A stretch of DNA of 64,000 bases from Methylophilus sp. (GCA_035423825.1 DAOMMM010000001.1:359516-423515); one strand, 5' to 3'. Shown: positions 40,931 through 51,755, counted from the first letter of the stretch. Program-made: numbers and translations. Notes: a model not told the origin generated them from the sequence alone.

Positions 40931-42556
40931 CTAGTGACCTATTGTCAGCAGTAAGTCGAACAGGGAGCTGGCAACTTGCATGAGTTTACCGGCAGCCTGG
41001 TAAGCTTGCTGATAACGTAAAAGATTAGTGGCTTCCTCATCCAGGTTGACCCCGGACTCGGACTGTTGTGCCGCAGTAGCTTGGGCTAGTAAGGTTTGCT
41101 CAGCTGCGCTATTCACTTTGAGTTCGTTGGTTTTGTTGCCAACAAAACTGACCAGCTGACCAAAGGCATTCTCGTAAGTGGCGCTGCCATTATTCAATGT
41201 GCCCATGGTTTGCAGCCCGGCTAGTAATAATGCGTTGCGGTTGTTGCCGTTCCCGCCAGAGATATCCGCTGCAGCTATTTTGTTGATGTCTGAAATCGCT
41301 ACAGAAAGTTTGGTGGCTGCATTGCGCGTCGGCTCAACCAGGAAGGAATCCCCAGCCGACATGCTGCCGTTAAAGGTGAGTCCATCGAGTGTTTGAGGCA
41401 AGCTGCCAAAGCTTTGAGAGCTGTTGTCGCTCAAACGAGTGATTGTGTAGTTTGTGCCATCATATTTCAGTTGATAGTCGCTGCTTGTCAGCACGCTGGT
41501 GCTGCTGATGTTCACGCTTAAAGTGGCGCTGCCGCTGTTAGCCGCATCCCCAAATACATCCGGTGTTGGCACGTTGAAAAGGTTGCCGCCGATATTTCCG
41601 TTGGCGTCGTAACCCAAACTATGCTGCGCGTTAAAGGTTTGTGTCAGCACGGTAGCGATTTGGCCCAGCTGATTTTGGATATTGTCGAGCGAACCTGTCC
41701 TGAACTGAAGTAAGCCGCCGATCGCACCGCCCGAAAGCATGCTGTCACCCAATGGTTTGACCATGTTGCTGACATAAGCCACTTCGACACGGCCAGTATC
41801 TTTGGTCGATCTGACGGTAGTCAGTCCATAGGATTTGCTGCCAACCACCAGTGGGAGACCATTCCCTATGAAGAGGTTATAACTGCCGTCATCTTGGGCG
41901 TTTACGGTGGTTTTTACCAGCTTGCTCATCTCAGCCACAAGTTGGTCGCGCTGATCCATCAGGTCATTGGGGAGATTGTCTTTGTTCGCGCCTACAGCCT
42001 TGCTGATCACATCATTCAGTTGTGCTATCTTGGCAGCGTAACCGGTCACCTGTTGTGTGTTGGTGGCAAGTTCATTGTTGAATGCGTCGCGAATCTCATT
42101 CAATCTATCTCCCAGGCTCTGGAAACGGCCAACCAAAGAGTTGGCAGATGACAGCATGGCTTGGCGTGTCGCAGCATCACCCGGATTGGAAGATAGAGCC
42201 TGTATGCTTGAAAAGAATTTTTGTATCGAAGGGGAAAGTCCAGCAGCCGGATCAGCCAGCATATTGTCTATCTGGGCCATGTGCGCAGCATAAGTGCTGG
42301 TGGCACTGCTGGTAGATTGTGCCGTGTTCAGTTGTTGTGCCAGCAGGTCACTGTATATGCGTCTGATGTTGGATACGACTGTACCTTGACCAATATAACC
42401 ATAACCGAAATCTTGAGCCAGTGCGGCGGATTGAATTACTTCCTGACGAGAATAGCCCGGTGTGGCTGCGTTGGCAATGTTATGCCCGGTGACGCTGATG
42501 CCTACCTGCGCTGCAGCAAGTGCACTTTGTCCGATAGTAAGAATATTGGTTGCCAT
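40931..42556 (-). CDS. flgK: hook-filament junction protein
   Basis: GHNIANAATPGYSRQ, SGVNLDEEATNL..YQQAYQA. Confidence 0.96.
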   Translation of the reverse strand: MATNILTIGQSALAAAQVGISVTGHNIANAATPGYSRQEVIQSAALAQDFGYGYIGQGTVVSNIRRIYSDLLAQQLNTAQSTSSATSTYAAHMAQIDNMLADPAAGLSPSIQKFFSSIQALSSNPGDAATRQAMLSSANSLVGRFQSLGDRLNEIRDAFNNELATNTQQVTGYAAKIAQLNDVISKAVGANKDNLPNDLMDQRDQLVAEMSKLVKTTVNAQDDGSYNLFIGNGLPLVVGSKSYGLTTVRSTKDTGRVEVAYVSNMVKPLGDSMLSGGAIGGLLQFRTGSLDNIQNQLGQIATVLTQTFNAQHSLGYDANGNIGGNLFNVPTPDVFGDAANSGSATLSVNISSTSVLTSSDYQLKYDGTNYTITRLSDNSSQSFGSLPQTLDGLTFNGSMSAGDSFLVEPTRNAATKLSVAISDINKIAAADISGGNGNNRNALLLAGLQTMGTLNNGSATYENAFGQLVSFVGNKTNELKVNSAAEQTLLAQATAAQQSESGVNLDEEATNLLRYQQAYQAAGKLMQVASSLFDLLLTIGH

Positions 42557-42585
42557 GTTAGGTGTTTCTCATCCTCATAGGTAGC

Positions 42586-42612
42586 ATGACGGCAGATAAA
42601 TACAAAACTTTA
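42586..42612 (-). promoter_or_regulatory. sigma28 promoter of flgKL
   Basis: Minus strand TAAA-N15-GCCGTCAT, 30 nt upstream of the flgK ATG. Confidence 0.65.
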
Positions 42613-42619
42613 GCCATGC

Positions 42620-43543
42620 TTACCCAGTTACTACTTTTTGTATCGTTCCAGCCAGCTTGGATGCATAGTGCGGGTCTGTCGCGTAACCGGATTTTTGCAT
42701 CGCATGCGCATATCCATGGATATCATGCAGATTAGCCATGACTTGCTGGTAGCGAGGGCTGTTAGTGATCATGTTCGCAAAGTCCTTGAATGAGTCGGCA
42801 TAGCTGTCGTATGCACGGAACTTTTCGATGCGTCTTTGCTTGATGCCATGCACGTATTCTGTCGTTGTGGCCTCGACTACTTTACCTTTCCAGTCGGCAG
42901 TCGCCTTGATACCAAACAGGTTTCTGCTGGATGTGCCATCTGCCGAAGTGATTTCATGTTTCCCCCAGCCGCTTTCCAGTGCGGCCTGACCAAGCATTAG
43001 ATGTGCGGGGATTCCGGTTGCACGGCTGGCTTGAGCCGCGTGTTCGGACATGCGTGCATGGAAATCGCGGCTGTTATGATGTGAAGTTTGGGATAGTGAC
43101 GATTTGCCTGATGCAGCTTGAAGGTTTTGGCTGCTAGTTTTCTGGAAATTTTTAGATGTAATGCTTTCCAATAGCGAGCCATTGCTCACCTTTGCAGCGC
43201 TTTCAGAAACCGCTTGCTCCATGGTGTTGGTGATTGCGTGGCTTACCTTGCTGAGCTGTTTGGTGAGTATGTCCGCTAAACCCAGTCCTTTTGCACTCAG
43301 GCTGGTGCTTAGTTGCTGGTCCAGCATGGAAGTGAATGTACGGCTTTGTTCGTTGTCAAAAGGGCTGTCTTGAGTAGTTGCCTCACGCATGCTTTTTAGC
43401 ATCATGTTCATGAATATGGCTTCAAATTGCTTAGCAACATCCCGAATAGCTTCAGGAGAGTTTTCTTTGGCTGCCTGTTTCAGGTTGTTCAAGCCATTGG
43501 CGTCAATTGCCAGCCTTCCATTCATTTCTGCAGTATTGACCAT
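42620..43543 (-). CDS. flgJ: rod cap/muramidase
   Basis: VAKQFEAIF, QAALESGWG, NLFGIKA, GYATDP. ATG 43543 has a GGAG RBS. Confidence 0.95.
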   Translation of the reverse strand: MVNTAEMNGRLAIDANGLNNLKQAAKENSPEAIRDVAKQFEAIFMNMMLKSMREATTQDSPFDNEQSRTFTSMLDQQLSTSLSAKGLGLADILTKQLSKVSHAITNTMEQAVSESAAKVSNGSLLESITSKNFQKTSSQNLQAASGKSSLSQTSHHNSRDFHARMSEHAAQASRATGIPAHLMLGQAALESGWGKHEITSADGTSSRNLFGIKATADWKGKVVEATTTEYVHGIKQRRIEKFRAYDSYADSFKDFANMITNSPRYQQVMANLHDIHGYAHAMQKSGYATDPHYASKLAGTIQKVVTG

Positions 43544-43544
43544 G

Positions 43545-44693
43545 TTAGATAATCTCCAGGTCTGCATGCAACGCGCCTGATGCCTTCATGGCCTGAAGGA
43601 TAGCCAATAGATCTTGTGGAGTGGTCCCAATCGCGTTAAGTGCCTTCACTACATCTGATAAAGATGCGCCTGCAGGCAGGGGCACGACTTTGCCTGGCTC
43701 CTTGTTGATCTCGATCTGCGAGACTTGTGTTGCGACAGTCTGACCATTCGATAATGGACCAGGCTGGCTGATGACCGGAGCAGAGTTGATGACCACAGAA
43801 AGATTGCCATGCGATATAGCACAGGTATCCAGCGTTACCGCTTGATTCATCACTACGGAGCCAGTACGGGCGTTAAGAATGACTTTGGCAGTGGTTTGTG
43901 CAGGTGTTACGTTGATTGTCTCCAAAGATGCAAGAAAACCTACGCGACTATTATTGGCTGGTGGTTTGATATGAATTACACGGCCGTCTTGCGCCATGGC
44001 AGTGTTTGGACCAAAACGGCGATTGATTGCATCTACGACGAGCGAGGCGGTAGAGAAGTCGGATTCTTTGAGTTCCAGAGTGACTGTATCTGAAATGCTG
44101 AGGTTATTAGGCACCGCACGTTCTACTGTAGCGCCAGCAGAGATACGGCCTACACTCAGATGATTTATCTGGGCTTGACTGCCATTGGCCGCTGCACCTA
44201 CACCACCTACCACCAGATTGCCTTGCGCTATTGCATAGATTTGGCCATCTGCACCTTTGAGCGGAGTCATCAGCAGGGTGCCGCCACGCAGGCTTTTGGC
44301 ATTGCCCATGGAAGATACTGTAATATCCAGCATTTGTCCTGGCTGAGCGAACGATGGCAGCGTGCTGGTAACCATCACCGCAGCGACATTCTTCAGCTGC
44401 AAATTGGTGCCTGGCGGCAGGCTTACCCCCATCTGTTGCATCATGCTGATGATGCTCTGAATGGTAAACGGGGTTTGTGTGGTCTGATCGCCAGTGCCAT
44501 CCAAGCCAACTACCAGGCCATAACCTATCAGTTGATTGCTGCGTACGCCTTGGATAGTAGCTAAATCCTTCAGGCGTTCTGCGTAAGCAGGCGAAATGCC
44601 TGCTATGGTGAAAAGCAGCATCAGGCCGGCTAGAACCCGTTGCTGCTTGATGATGAATGTCAGGCAATGTGAGCAAAAATGTTTCATTGTCAT
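43545..44693 (-). CDS. flgI: P-ring protein
   Basis: RLKDL..GVRSNQLIGYGLVVGL.GTGD, SLRGGTLLMTPL. Start uncertain. Confidence 0.96.
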   Translation of the reverse strand: MTMKHFCSHCLTFIIKQQRVLAGLMLLFTIAGISPAYAERLKDLATIQGVRSNQLIGYGLVVGLDGTGDQTTQTPFTIQSIISMMQQMGVSLPPGTNLQLKNVAAVMVTSTLPSFAQPGQMLDITVSSMGNAKSLRGGTLLMTPLKGADGQIYAIAQGNLVVGGVGAAANGSQAQINHLSVGRISAGATVERAVPNNLSISDTVTLELKESDFSTASLVVDAINRRFGPNTAMAQDGRVIHIKPPANNSRVGFLASLETINVTPAQTTAKVILNARTGSVVMNQAVTLDTCAISHGNLSVVINSAPVISQPGPLSNGQTVATQVSQIEINKEPGKVVPLPAGASLSDVVKALNAIGTTPQDLLAILQAMKASGALHADLEII

Positions 44694-44698
44694 ATTTC

Positions 44699-45418
44699 TT
44701 ATAGCGGTGCAAAACTCAGGAAGAAGCGAGTCAGGATAGACGCGATCTGTGCGGCGTCGATCTTGCTGTTGGTACGATATTCGATACGCGCATCTGCCAC
44801 TTTGGTAGAGGCTACGTTATTACCAACGGTGACAGTGTCTGGATTGACGACACCGGAGAAGCGCACATACTCGTTACCTTTGTCCAGCGAGATTTGTTTT
44901 TCACCGCTCACTACTAGATTACCATTGGAGAGCACTTCCACCACGGTGACCGTAATCGACCCGTTAAATACGTTGTTATTGTTAGCAGCAGCTTTGTCTT
45001 CATTTTTGATCGATGAATCTGCGCCAATGCTGATGTCTTCTTTGATTAGTTTGACAGGTAATCCAATTGGCATTTTTACCGAGGTGTCTACAGAACCTGT
45101 CTTGCTTGAAGAGCTGCCGCCGGCTTTGGTGACGTTGGTGTTTTCAGTGATGTTGATGGTCAGGATGTCACCGACCAGTCTTGCACGTCTATCCTCGAAC
45201 AATGGACGATATGCAGATGCATTGAAAATCGCGCCGCTATTGGCTGCATTGGGTTTGATAGCGGATGGTTTCGCAGTCGTAGGCGTCCGGACTATCGTAT
45301 CCGGTGTGATAGAACAGGCGCTCAAAATGGCTAGTACGCCTAATGCAAGCATTGGACTGAAGACTTTATTTATAAACTTGTTCAATAAGATCAACATTAT
45401 CTTTACCTGATTCGTCAT
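44699..45418 (-). CDS. flgH: L-ring lipoprotein
   Basis: Lipobox LSAC; LFEDRRARLVGDILTI; ADARIEY. Confidence 0.95.
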   Translation of the reverse strand: MTNQVKIMLILLNKFINKVFSPMLALGVLAILSACSITPDTIVRTPTTAKPSAIKPNAANSGAIFNASAYRPLFEDRRARLVGDILTINITENTNVTKAGGSSSSKTGSVDTSVKMPIGLPVKLIKEDISIGADSSIKNEDKAAANNNNVFNGSITVTVVEVLSNGNLVVSGEKQISLDKGNEYVRFSGVVNPDTVTVGNNVASTKVADARIEYRTNSKIDAAQIASILTRFFLSFAPL

Positions 45419-45426
45419 AAAGCTAA

Positions 45427-46209
45427 TTACAACTGGGCCAGTTTTTGCAGCATCTGGTCAGAGGTGGTAATGGCTTTGCTGTTGATTTCGTAAGCACGTT
45501 GTGTCTGGATCATGTTCACTAATTCTTCCACCACGTTGACGTTAGATGTTTCCACATAGCCTTGTGAAAGCAAGCCTGCCCCGTTCGTGCCTGGCGTGTT
45601 GGTGTTCGGGTTTCCGGATGCGGTTGTTTCTACATACAGATTCTCGCCTTTGGCCATCAAACCAGCTGGGTTGATGAAAGTTGCCAGTTGCAGGCTACCT
45701 ACCTGCGTGGTGCTAGCACTGCCTGCCTGTGTGATTGAGACGGTACCATCACGACCAATGGTCAAGCTGGTGGCATTGGCTGGAATAGTGATGGCAGGCT
45801 GTACTGCAAAACCACTCGCAGTCACGAGCTGGCCTTGGCTGTCCACCTGGAAAGAACCATCGCGTGTGTAAGCGGTAGTGCCATCAGGTAACAGTACCTG
45901 AAAGAAGCCGGCACCTTGGATGGCGACATCTTTATCGTTGCTGGTTTGCTGCAGGTTACCCTGACTGAAGTTACGCTCTGTCGCTACCGGTCTTACCCCG
46001 GTACCAAGTTGCAAGCCTGAAGGCAGCTGTGTTTGCTGAGACGATTGTGCTCCTGGTTGGCGGATGTTCTGGTACAACAAGTCCTCAAATACGGCGCGTG
46101 AACGTTTGAATCCGTTGGTGCTGACGTTGGCTAAGTTGTTGGCAATCACGTCCATCTGGGTTTGCTGTGCATCCAGGCCGGTTTTTGAAATCCATAGTGA
46201 GCGAATCAT
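45427..46209 (-). CDS. flgG: distal rod protein
   Basis: [32 protein letters not shown]. Confidence 0.97.
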   Translation of the reverse strand: MIRSLWISKTGLDAQQTQMDVIANNLANVSTNGFKRSRAVFEDLLYQNIRQPGAQSSQQTQLPSGLQLGTGVRPVATERNFSQGNLQQTSNDKDVAIQGAGFFQVLLPDGTTAYTRDGSFQVDSQGQLVTASGFAVQPAITIPANATSLTIGRDGTVSITQAGSASTTQVGSLQLATFINPAGLMAKGENLYVETTASGNPNTNTPGTNGAGLLSQGYVETSNVNVVEELVNMIQTQRAYEINSKAITTSDQMLQKLAQL

Positions 46210-46280
46210 TTTGGGTACCTCTCAAGTTTGGCTAGCGATAGCCGATATAGTCGTTAGGGTTCATCCTAACCTAATGCCAA

Positions 46281-47021
46281 TCAACTTAAATTGAAGATCT
46301 GACTGGCTTTATTGGCGTTATTCTCGGCGCTTTGCAGCAACTTCATCTGCGTTTCGAACTGCCGCGCCAGGCTAATCATGTTGACCATGGCTTCCACTAC
46401 GTTGACGTTGCTGCCTTCCAGCGCGCCACTGGCGACACTGACATTCGTATCTACTTCAGCGGTGCTGCCATCTTTAGTGCCAAACAGGCCGTCCGATTTG
46501 CGAGTCAGGTTTTCCTCGGCAGGGTTGACTAGCTTTAATCGTCCTAGAATGTTGGAGGGGCCTGGTGTTGCGCCATTGCTCACCGATGAGACCGTGCCGT
46601 CCTTGGCAATGCTGATCTTGACATCGGGCGGAATGCTGATGGGACCGCCATCCCCCATGATGTTCATGCCGCTGGCAGTTTGCAGGATGCCGTTTTCATT
46701 GATCTTTAGTGCGCCGTTACGGGTATAGCCTTCTGACCCATCATCCCTTTGTACGACCAGCCAGCCTTTATTCAGTACAGCAACATCGAGATCCCGTCCC
46801 GTCGTTTGAATCGGACCTGGCCTGAAATCTGCGCCAGCCGTTGCGTCGACGACAAAAGCCCGCGTCGGTAATCCTTCGCTGATGACAGGAACAGCCCTGA
46901 AGGCATCTACCTGCGCCTTGAATCCGGTAGAAGTGGCATTGGCCAGGTTGTGCGAGTTGGTCGCCTGCTGCTCCAGGATATGTTTCGCACCAGTCATGGC
47001 GGTATAAATCATGCGATCCAT
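46281..47021 (-). CDS. flgF: proximal rod protein
   Basis: MDRMIYTAMTG, LEGSNVNVVEAMV. Confidence 0.95.
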   Translation of the reverse strand: MDRMIYTAMTGAKHILEQQATNSHNLANATSTGFKAQVDAFRAVPVISEGLPTRAFVVDATAGADFRPGPIQTTGRDLDVAVLNKGWLVVQRDDGSEGYTRNGALKINENGILQTASGMNIMGDGGPISIPPDVKISIAKDGTVSSVSNGATPGPSNILGRLKLVNPAEENLTRKSDGLFGTKDGSTAEVDTNVSVASGALEGSNVNVVEAMVNMISLARQFETQMKLLQSAENNANKASQIFNLS

Positions 47022-47071
47022 TTGGGACTCCCTATCAAGCTATATGTTCGGGTGGGCATATTAGTTATCAA

Positions 47072-48298
47072 TTAGCGCAAATTCACTAGTGTTTGCAATA
47101 CTTGGTCCTGCGTTTTAATGGTTTGTGCATTGGCTTGGTATACGCGTTGTGCCGTAATCATGTTGACCAGTTCCGCAGTCAGGTCTACGTTCGAGTCTTC
47201 AACGGCAGAAGACTGCAGTACACCGAGATTCCCGCTATTTGGAACCGAGACCAACGGCGTTCCTGAAGTAGAGCTCTCGCTCCATGAGTTATTGCCAAGC
47301 TGTTGCAGACCGTTCGGATTGGAGAAATTCGCCAATACAACTTGCGCCAGTGTCGCTGATTGACCATTGGTGTAGCGTCCTACGATTCTGCCGTCTTTGC
47401 CAATATTGAACCCGGCTAGGTGGCCTGAGGTGTAACCATCCTGACTGAGGCTGTTCACGCTGAATGCAGAGCCGAACTGGGTCGTGCCGGAAAAGTCTAG
47501 GGTGACAGATTGCGGGCTCGTTGCTCCGGTGGTAGGAGAGAACGTGACAGACGGGGTGGCTGGCACAACCGTAGGGTTAAGCCCAGTTCCAGTAAATGTC
47601 ATTGTTGCGGTTGATCCTGGCAACGCCGGTGTTGAAACACCATCCACTGTAGCAAATACATTCCATGTGCCTGGTGCGGTTTTCACAAAGAAGCTTTGTA
47701 GAGTGTGGGCGTTGCCTAGGCTGTCATATACAGTAACTGCTGTCGAGTTGTGGTAAGTGGTTGGGTCGGTCGGATCAAATGACGCTGCTGGCAATGTGGA
47801 TTTCGTCGAATCCAGATTGAACAACCCTGTGATTTCGGTGCTGGCGAGTGGTGTCAGATCTGCGGTATTAATCATGATCTCGGTAGGTGCGCCAGTTGAT
47901 AACACGCCGCTTGCATTAGCGACATAGCCTGTTAACCGTTTGCCTTCCGCATCAACGATATATCCAAGTTTGTCCATTTGGAACTGGCCATTGCGCGAAT
48001 AGGTAACAGAACCATTATTGCTCATCCGGAAGAAGCCGCCGCCGTTGATGGCAATGTCCAGAGAGTTGTTGGTGCTGGTGATATTCCCCTGCGTAAACTG
48101 CTGGGCTACGGTAGAGATTTTCGTGCCGATACCGATTTGAGAAGCGCCGGTGCCTGTCAAAGAGTTGGCGTAGACGTCTGCAAACTCTGCACGGGACTGT
48201 TTAAAGCCTACCGTAGAAGCATTAGATACGTTATTGCCGATCACCTCCAGGTTCTTGGAAGCTGCGTTAAGACCACTTAATCCTTGTTGAAAACTCAT
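47072..48298 (-). CDS. flgE: hook protein
   Basis: MSFQQGLSGLNAA, YSRNGQF, SNVDLTAELV. Confidence 0.97.
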   Translation of the reverse strand: MSFQQGLSGLNAASKNLEVIGNNVSNASTVGFKQSRAEFADVYANSLTGTGASQIGIGTKISTVAQQFTQGNITSTNNSLDIAINGGGFFRMSNNGSVTYSRNGQFQMDKLGYIVDAEGKRLTGYVANASGVLSTGAPTEIMINTADLTPLASTEITGLFNLDSTKSTLPAASFDPTDPTTYHNSTAVTVYDSLGNAHTLQSFFVKTAPGTWNVFATVDGVSTPALPGSTATMTFTGTGLNPTVVPATPSVTFSPTTGATSPQSVTLDFSGTTQFGSAFSVNSLSQDGYTSGHLAGFNIGKDGRIVGRYTNGQSATLAQVVLANFSNPNGLQQLGNNSWSESSTSGTPLVSVPNSGNLGVLQSSAVEDSNVDLTAELVNMITAQRVYQANAQTIKTQDQVLQTLVNLR

Positions 48299-48355
48299 GA
48301 TGTTCTCCTGACTGATATTCGTTAAATATTTGGTTCAATGTTGGTTTGCTAGAAG

Positions 48356-49030
48356 TTAAAAAATTTGTTTTAGATCGGCGGTAGTCACGCTGTTGGCATT
48401 GCTCAGGTTAAGTTTGACGCCGCTGGCGCTGGTGGTGATGCTGTTGATCTGCTCCAGACTCAATGTGTTAGCAGTAGCGGCACTGCCGCCGGATTTGGCA
48501 CTCACGCTGATTTTGTAGCTGCCAGCAGGAGCAAGCGTGCCATTGTCACCATAACCGTCCCAGCTTAGCGGGATGATCCCTTCGTTTTGCTTGCCTAATG
48601 CCAACTGGCGAATCGGATTGCCTGCTGTATCACTGATGGTGATTTGCAAACTATCAACGCTCTCAGGCAGTTCAATGCCAAAGTTGCCTGCCGTTCCATC
48701 AAACTGGACGTTTGAGCCAGCGACAAGTACAGAGTGCCCGATCAGGCTGGAGGCTTGCATGGATTGGCTGTTTTGGGCATTGCTCATCATGGTTTCCAAT
48801 GTGGCATTCAGCCTGTCGATGCCAGTCACGGTAGAAAGTTGAGCCATTTGACTGGTTACTTGCGCATTGTCCATGGGATTCAGCGGGTCCTGGTTCTTCA
48901 TCTGGGTTACCAATAGTGTCATGAAACGGTCTTGCACTTCCGATACGGAATTCTTTTTATTGGACTTGCTGCCGTTCACGCTATCGAGCAGGCTTTGAGA
49001 AACCTCGTTGCTGGTTGCTTGCAGTGTCAT
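48356..49030 (-). CDS. flgD: hook cap
   Basis: FMTLLVTQMKNQDPLNPMDN. Confidence 0.96.
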   Translation of the reverse strand: MTLQATSNEVSQSLLDSVNGSKSNKKNSVSEVQDRFMTLLVTQMKNQDPLNPMDNAQVTSQMAQLSTVTGIDRLNATLETMMSNAQNSQSMQASSLIGHSVLVAGSNVQFDGTAGNFGIELPESVDSLQITISDTAGNPIRQLALGKQNEGIIPLSWDGYGDNGTLAPAGSYKISVSAKSGGSAATANTLSLEQINSITTSASGVKLNLSNANSVTTADLKQIF

Positions 49031-49058
49031 ATTGCTTCCTTAAAATAAGATGGCTGGA

Positions 49059-49466
49059 TTAGTTTTGCCCGATGGTGAGTGTTTTTAGAAGCATGCTCTT
49101 GGCTGCATTCATCGTCTCGACGTTATTCTGATATGCGCGCGAAGCTGAGATCATGTTAACCATTTCTTCTGTCACGTTGACGTTGGGTAAGGTCACGTAC
49201 CCTTTGTTGTCTGCCAAAGGATGTTTTGGGTCATACACAACGCGGGGCGGGGATGTGTCTTCGACCACCTTTTGAACCTTCACGCCGCTGGCATCTGGCG
49301 AGCTGCTGGGTACCGCACTGAATACCACTTGTTTGGCCTTGTATGGTTTTCCATTTGCGCTTGTTGCGCTATCAGCGTTGGCCAGGTTGCTTGCTACCGT
49401 GTTAAGGCGCTGTGATTGCGCACTCATTGCTGAACCGGAAATATTGAATACGTTAAATAAGGACAT
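49059..49466 (-). CDS. flgC: proximal rod protein
   Basis: RLNTVASNLANA, YDPKHPLAD..GYV..PNVN. Confidence 0.97.
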   Translation of the reverse strand: MSLFNVFNISGSAMSAQSQRLNTVASNLANADSATSANGKPYKAKQVVFSAVPSSSPDASGVKVQKVVEDTSPPRVVYDPKHPLADNKGYVTLPNVNVTEEMVNMISASRAYQNNVETMNAAKSMLLKTLTIGQN

Positions 49467-49479
49467 GATGCTCTCCTAG

Positions 49480-49896
49480 TTATTGACCTTGAATGGCGCT
49501 CAGCATTTTCTTTATCTGGCCATTGATCATGGTGAGGCTTGCCTCGTAGCGGATGGCGTTGTCTGTGAACTGGTTGCGCTCCACATCCATGTCTACGGTG
49601 TTGCCGTCTACGCTGCCTTGGATGATGGGCCGAAAGAGCGGTTCGCCAGGTTTGCCGGTCAGGTTGTTCGACGGCGTACCGTTAATATGCTTTTCGTTCG
49701 TGACAGCCGTGTTGAATGCCCCGGATGAATTGCCCGCCAAAGCACTCTTCATCGCAGCTTTAAAGTCAATGTCGCGCGCCTTGTAGTTCGGTGTATCGGC
49801 ATTGGCGATATTCGCAGCAATCAGTTCCTGACGCTGGCTGCGAACTCGCAGGGCCTCCTGGTGAAAGCTCAAGGTTGAATCCAGTTTGTTCAGCAC
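49480..49896 (-). CDS. flgB: proximal rod protein
   Basis: RQELIAANIANADTPNYKARD, DGNTVDMD. GTG 49896 with an AAGGA RBS is preferred over the listed 49965. Confidence 0.96.
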   Translation of the reverse strand: MLNKLDSTLSFHQEALRVRSQRQELIAANIANADTPNYKARDIDFKAAMKSALAGNSSGAFNTAVTNEKHINGTPSNNLTGKPGEPLFRPIIQGSVDGNTVDMDVERNQFTDNAIRYEASLTMINGQIKKMLSAIQGQ

Positions 49897-49997
49897 GGTG
49901 ATTCCTTTCATGTCTCTTTGGCCTAAAGAAAAAAAATCTTTTGCCGTTAATCCCATTGAACGCAATTCTAGAACTAACGAACAAAGCTCAATTGCTC

Positions 49998-50027
49998 AAG
50001 AAGAGAGGTAAAAAACCGTCTTTTTCT
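49998..50027. promoter_or_regulatory. candidate FlhDC box in the flgB/flgA spacer
   Basis: Minus strand AGAAAAAGAC-N-TCTTCT, related to the other class-2 motifs; the weakest copy. Confidence 0.4.
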
Positions 50028-50077
50028 GGATTCGCTATATCGCACATTCCGTAGAATGCATCATGAACGATTAACTC

Positions 50078-50848
50078 TTGGATTGGATGGGGTTAGGCAT
50101 GCATAACACGAGAATGATGAGCCTTATTGCTGCGACATGGACAAAGGCTTTACTGAAGGGATGTCTATCCATGGTGCTTTTCGGCGCTGGATATACATTT
50201 GCTAATACTGACAACCTGCCGGCCAGACAAAATATGGCGGTAGTGAAAGAAAAGATCGAAGCGTTTTTACTGGTGCAAACGGCTGGATACCCCGGAAAAG
50301 TCTCCGTAACGCCAGGCGTAATTGATCCTAATCTGAAGCTGGCACAATGCACGGATCCTGAGGTGTTTCTGCCACCGGGCAGTCGCGCATGGGGGAAAAC
50401 TACGGTTGGCGTACGATGCAATACGCCCAGTATATGGACGATTTATGTGCAGGCTAAGGTGAATGTGCGGGCACAATATCTAGTGGCTGCCTTGCCACTG
50501 GCACAAGGCCATGTCATGACAACTCAGGATGTGACTGTAGAAGAGGGTGATCTGACACAGTTACCTGCAGGCGTATTTACGGATGCTAACCAGCTTACCG
50601 GCAGATTGGTCAGCATCTCGATGACTGCGGGTACCATTTTGCGTCAGGATATGCTGAAACTCGCTCCCGTGGTGCAACAAGGGCAAACCATTTTGTTAAC
50701 TTCAAATGGAAAAGGATTTAGTGTGACCAATGAAGGCAAGGCGTTGAACAATGCCGGTGAGGGCCAGATCGTGCAAGTGAAGGTTGCTAGTGGTCAGGTG
50801 GTGAGCGGTATAGCGCGCGCAGGCGGCAGGGTTGAAGTCAGCTTTTAA
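50078..50848 (+). CDS. flgA: P-ring chaperone
   Basis: WGKTTVGVRC, SAF domain, EGKALNNAGEGQIVQVK. Start uncertain. Confidence 0.93.
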   Translation: MDWMGLGMHNTRMMSLIAATWTKALLKGCLSMVLFGAGYTFANTDNLPARQNMAVVKEKIEAFLLVQTAGYPGKVSVTPGVIDPNLKLAQCTDPEVFLPPGSRAWGKTTVGVRCNTPSIWTIYVQAKVNVRAQYLVAALPLAQGHVMTTQDVTVEEGDLTQLPAGVFTDANQLTGRLVSISMTAGTILRQDMLKLAPVVQQGQTILLTSNGKGFSVTNEGKALNNAGEGQIVQVKVASGQVVSGIARAGGRVEVSF

Positions 50849-50890
50849 TGGGCTTGATGATTCAGTAGTAAATTATTACGTGCAAAGTAT

Positions 50891-50917
50891 TAAAGTTCGC
50901 TTAAACTATGTCGTTAT
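50891..50917 (+). promoter_or_regulatory. sigma28 promoter of flgMN
   Basis: TAAA-N15-GTCGTTAT. Confidence 0.65.
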
Positions 50918-50974
50918 AGACTCATACATGTGCGGATAAATGCACGGAAATATTGATGCGAAAAGGAAATAACC

Positions 50975-51283
50975 ATGAAGATTAATGACCCGATTAAAAA
51001 ATCGATGGGGTTGGAAACAGAGAGGCTTGGGTCTAATGCAAGTAAAAAGGCCGAGAAATCTGTTGCAACGACCAAATCGAGCGAAAGTGTCACGCTTTCT
51101 CCTTTGTCTGCGCAATTACAATCTTTGGAGGCCAATGTCGCTGCCGCTGAAGTGTTTGATGCGGGAAAAGTGGAAGCTATCAAATCAGCGATTGCAAACG
51201 GTCAGTTCAAAGTAGATTCTGGCAAGGTCGCAGACGGTTTGATATCTACAGTTAAAGATCTCTTAAGCACTCAAAAAACCTGA
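50975..51283 (+). CDS. flgM: anti-sigma28 factor
   Basis: SVTLS, FDAGKVEAIKSAIANGQFKVDSGKVAD. Confidence 0.94.
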   Translation: MKINDPIKKSMGLETERLGSNASKKAEKSVATTKSSESVTLSPLSAQLQSLEANVAAAEVFDAGKVEAIKSAIANGQFKVDSGKVADGLISTVKDLLSTQKT

Positions 51284-51296
51284 TAAAGGGCTTGGT

Positions 51297-51755
51297 ATGA
51301 ACATATTCGCGCAATTCGAGCATGACGCAAAACTTGTGGAACAACTCTTGTGGCTGCTCATGCGCGAGCAAACAAGCTTGATCGATGCCGATATCGATGC
51401 GGTAGAATATCTGCTGGATGAAAAAAGCAGGCTTCTACAAAGCATCAGTGCTTCGATACAGGCGCGTTATGATGCTTTGGCCAAGCTAGGTTTCGAAGCA
51501 AGTGAAAATGGCATGTCCTCTTGGGTTGAGAAGCGCGGTACGCCAGAGCAGGTGCAGTATTGGAAAGATTTTCAGCAGACACTGAGCCGAGCTAAAGAGA
51601 TGAATCGTCTGAACGGCCAGCTCATCAACAAACATTTCAACGTTAATCAACAGGCCTTGAATCTATTGCAGGGCGGGCAGGCGTCAGGTGTCTATGGCGC
51701 AAACGGCCAAGCGGCAATCGCAAAAAACATCTCACGCGCAAGCGTTTTAGTTTAG
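51297..51755 (+). CDS. flgN: FlgK/L chaperone
   Basis: AKEMNRLNGQLI, YGANG; follows flgM. Confidence 0.88.
   Translation: MNIFAQFEHDAKLVEQLLWLLMREQTSLIDADIDAVEYLLDEKSRLLQSISASIQARYDALAKLGFEASENGMSSWVEKRGTPEQVQYWKDFQQTLSRAKEMNRLNGQLINKHFNVNQQALNLLQGGQASGVYGANGQAAIAKNISRASVLV

Noticed and set aside
18080-45410. Long opposite-strand ORFs (e.g. 18691-19335, 21083-21787, 21958-22833, 26894-27826, 29233-30549, 33069-33881, 37260-37994, 44679-45410)
   Set aside because: They lie entirely opposite well-supported genes, have no recognisable motifs or RBS, and are explained by codon bias of the sense gene.
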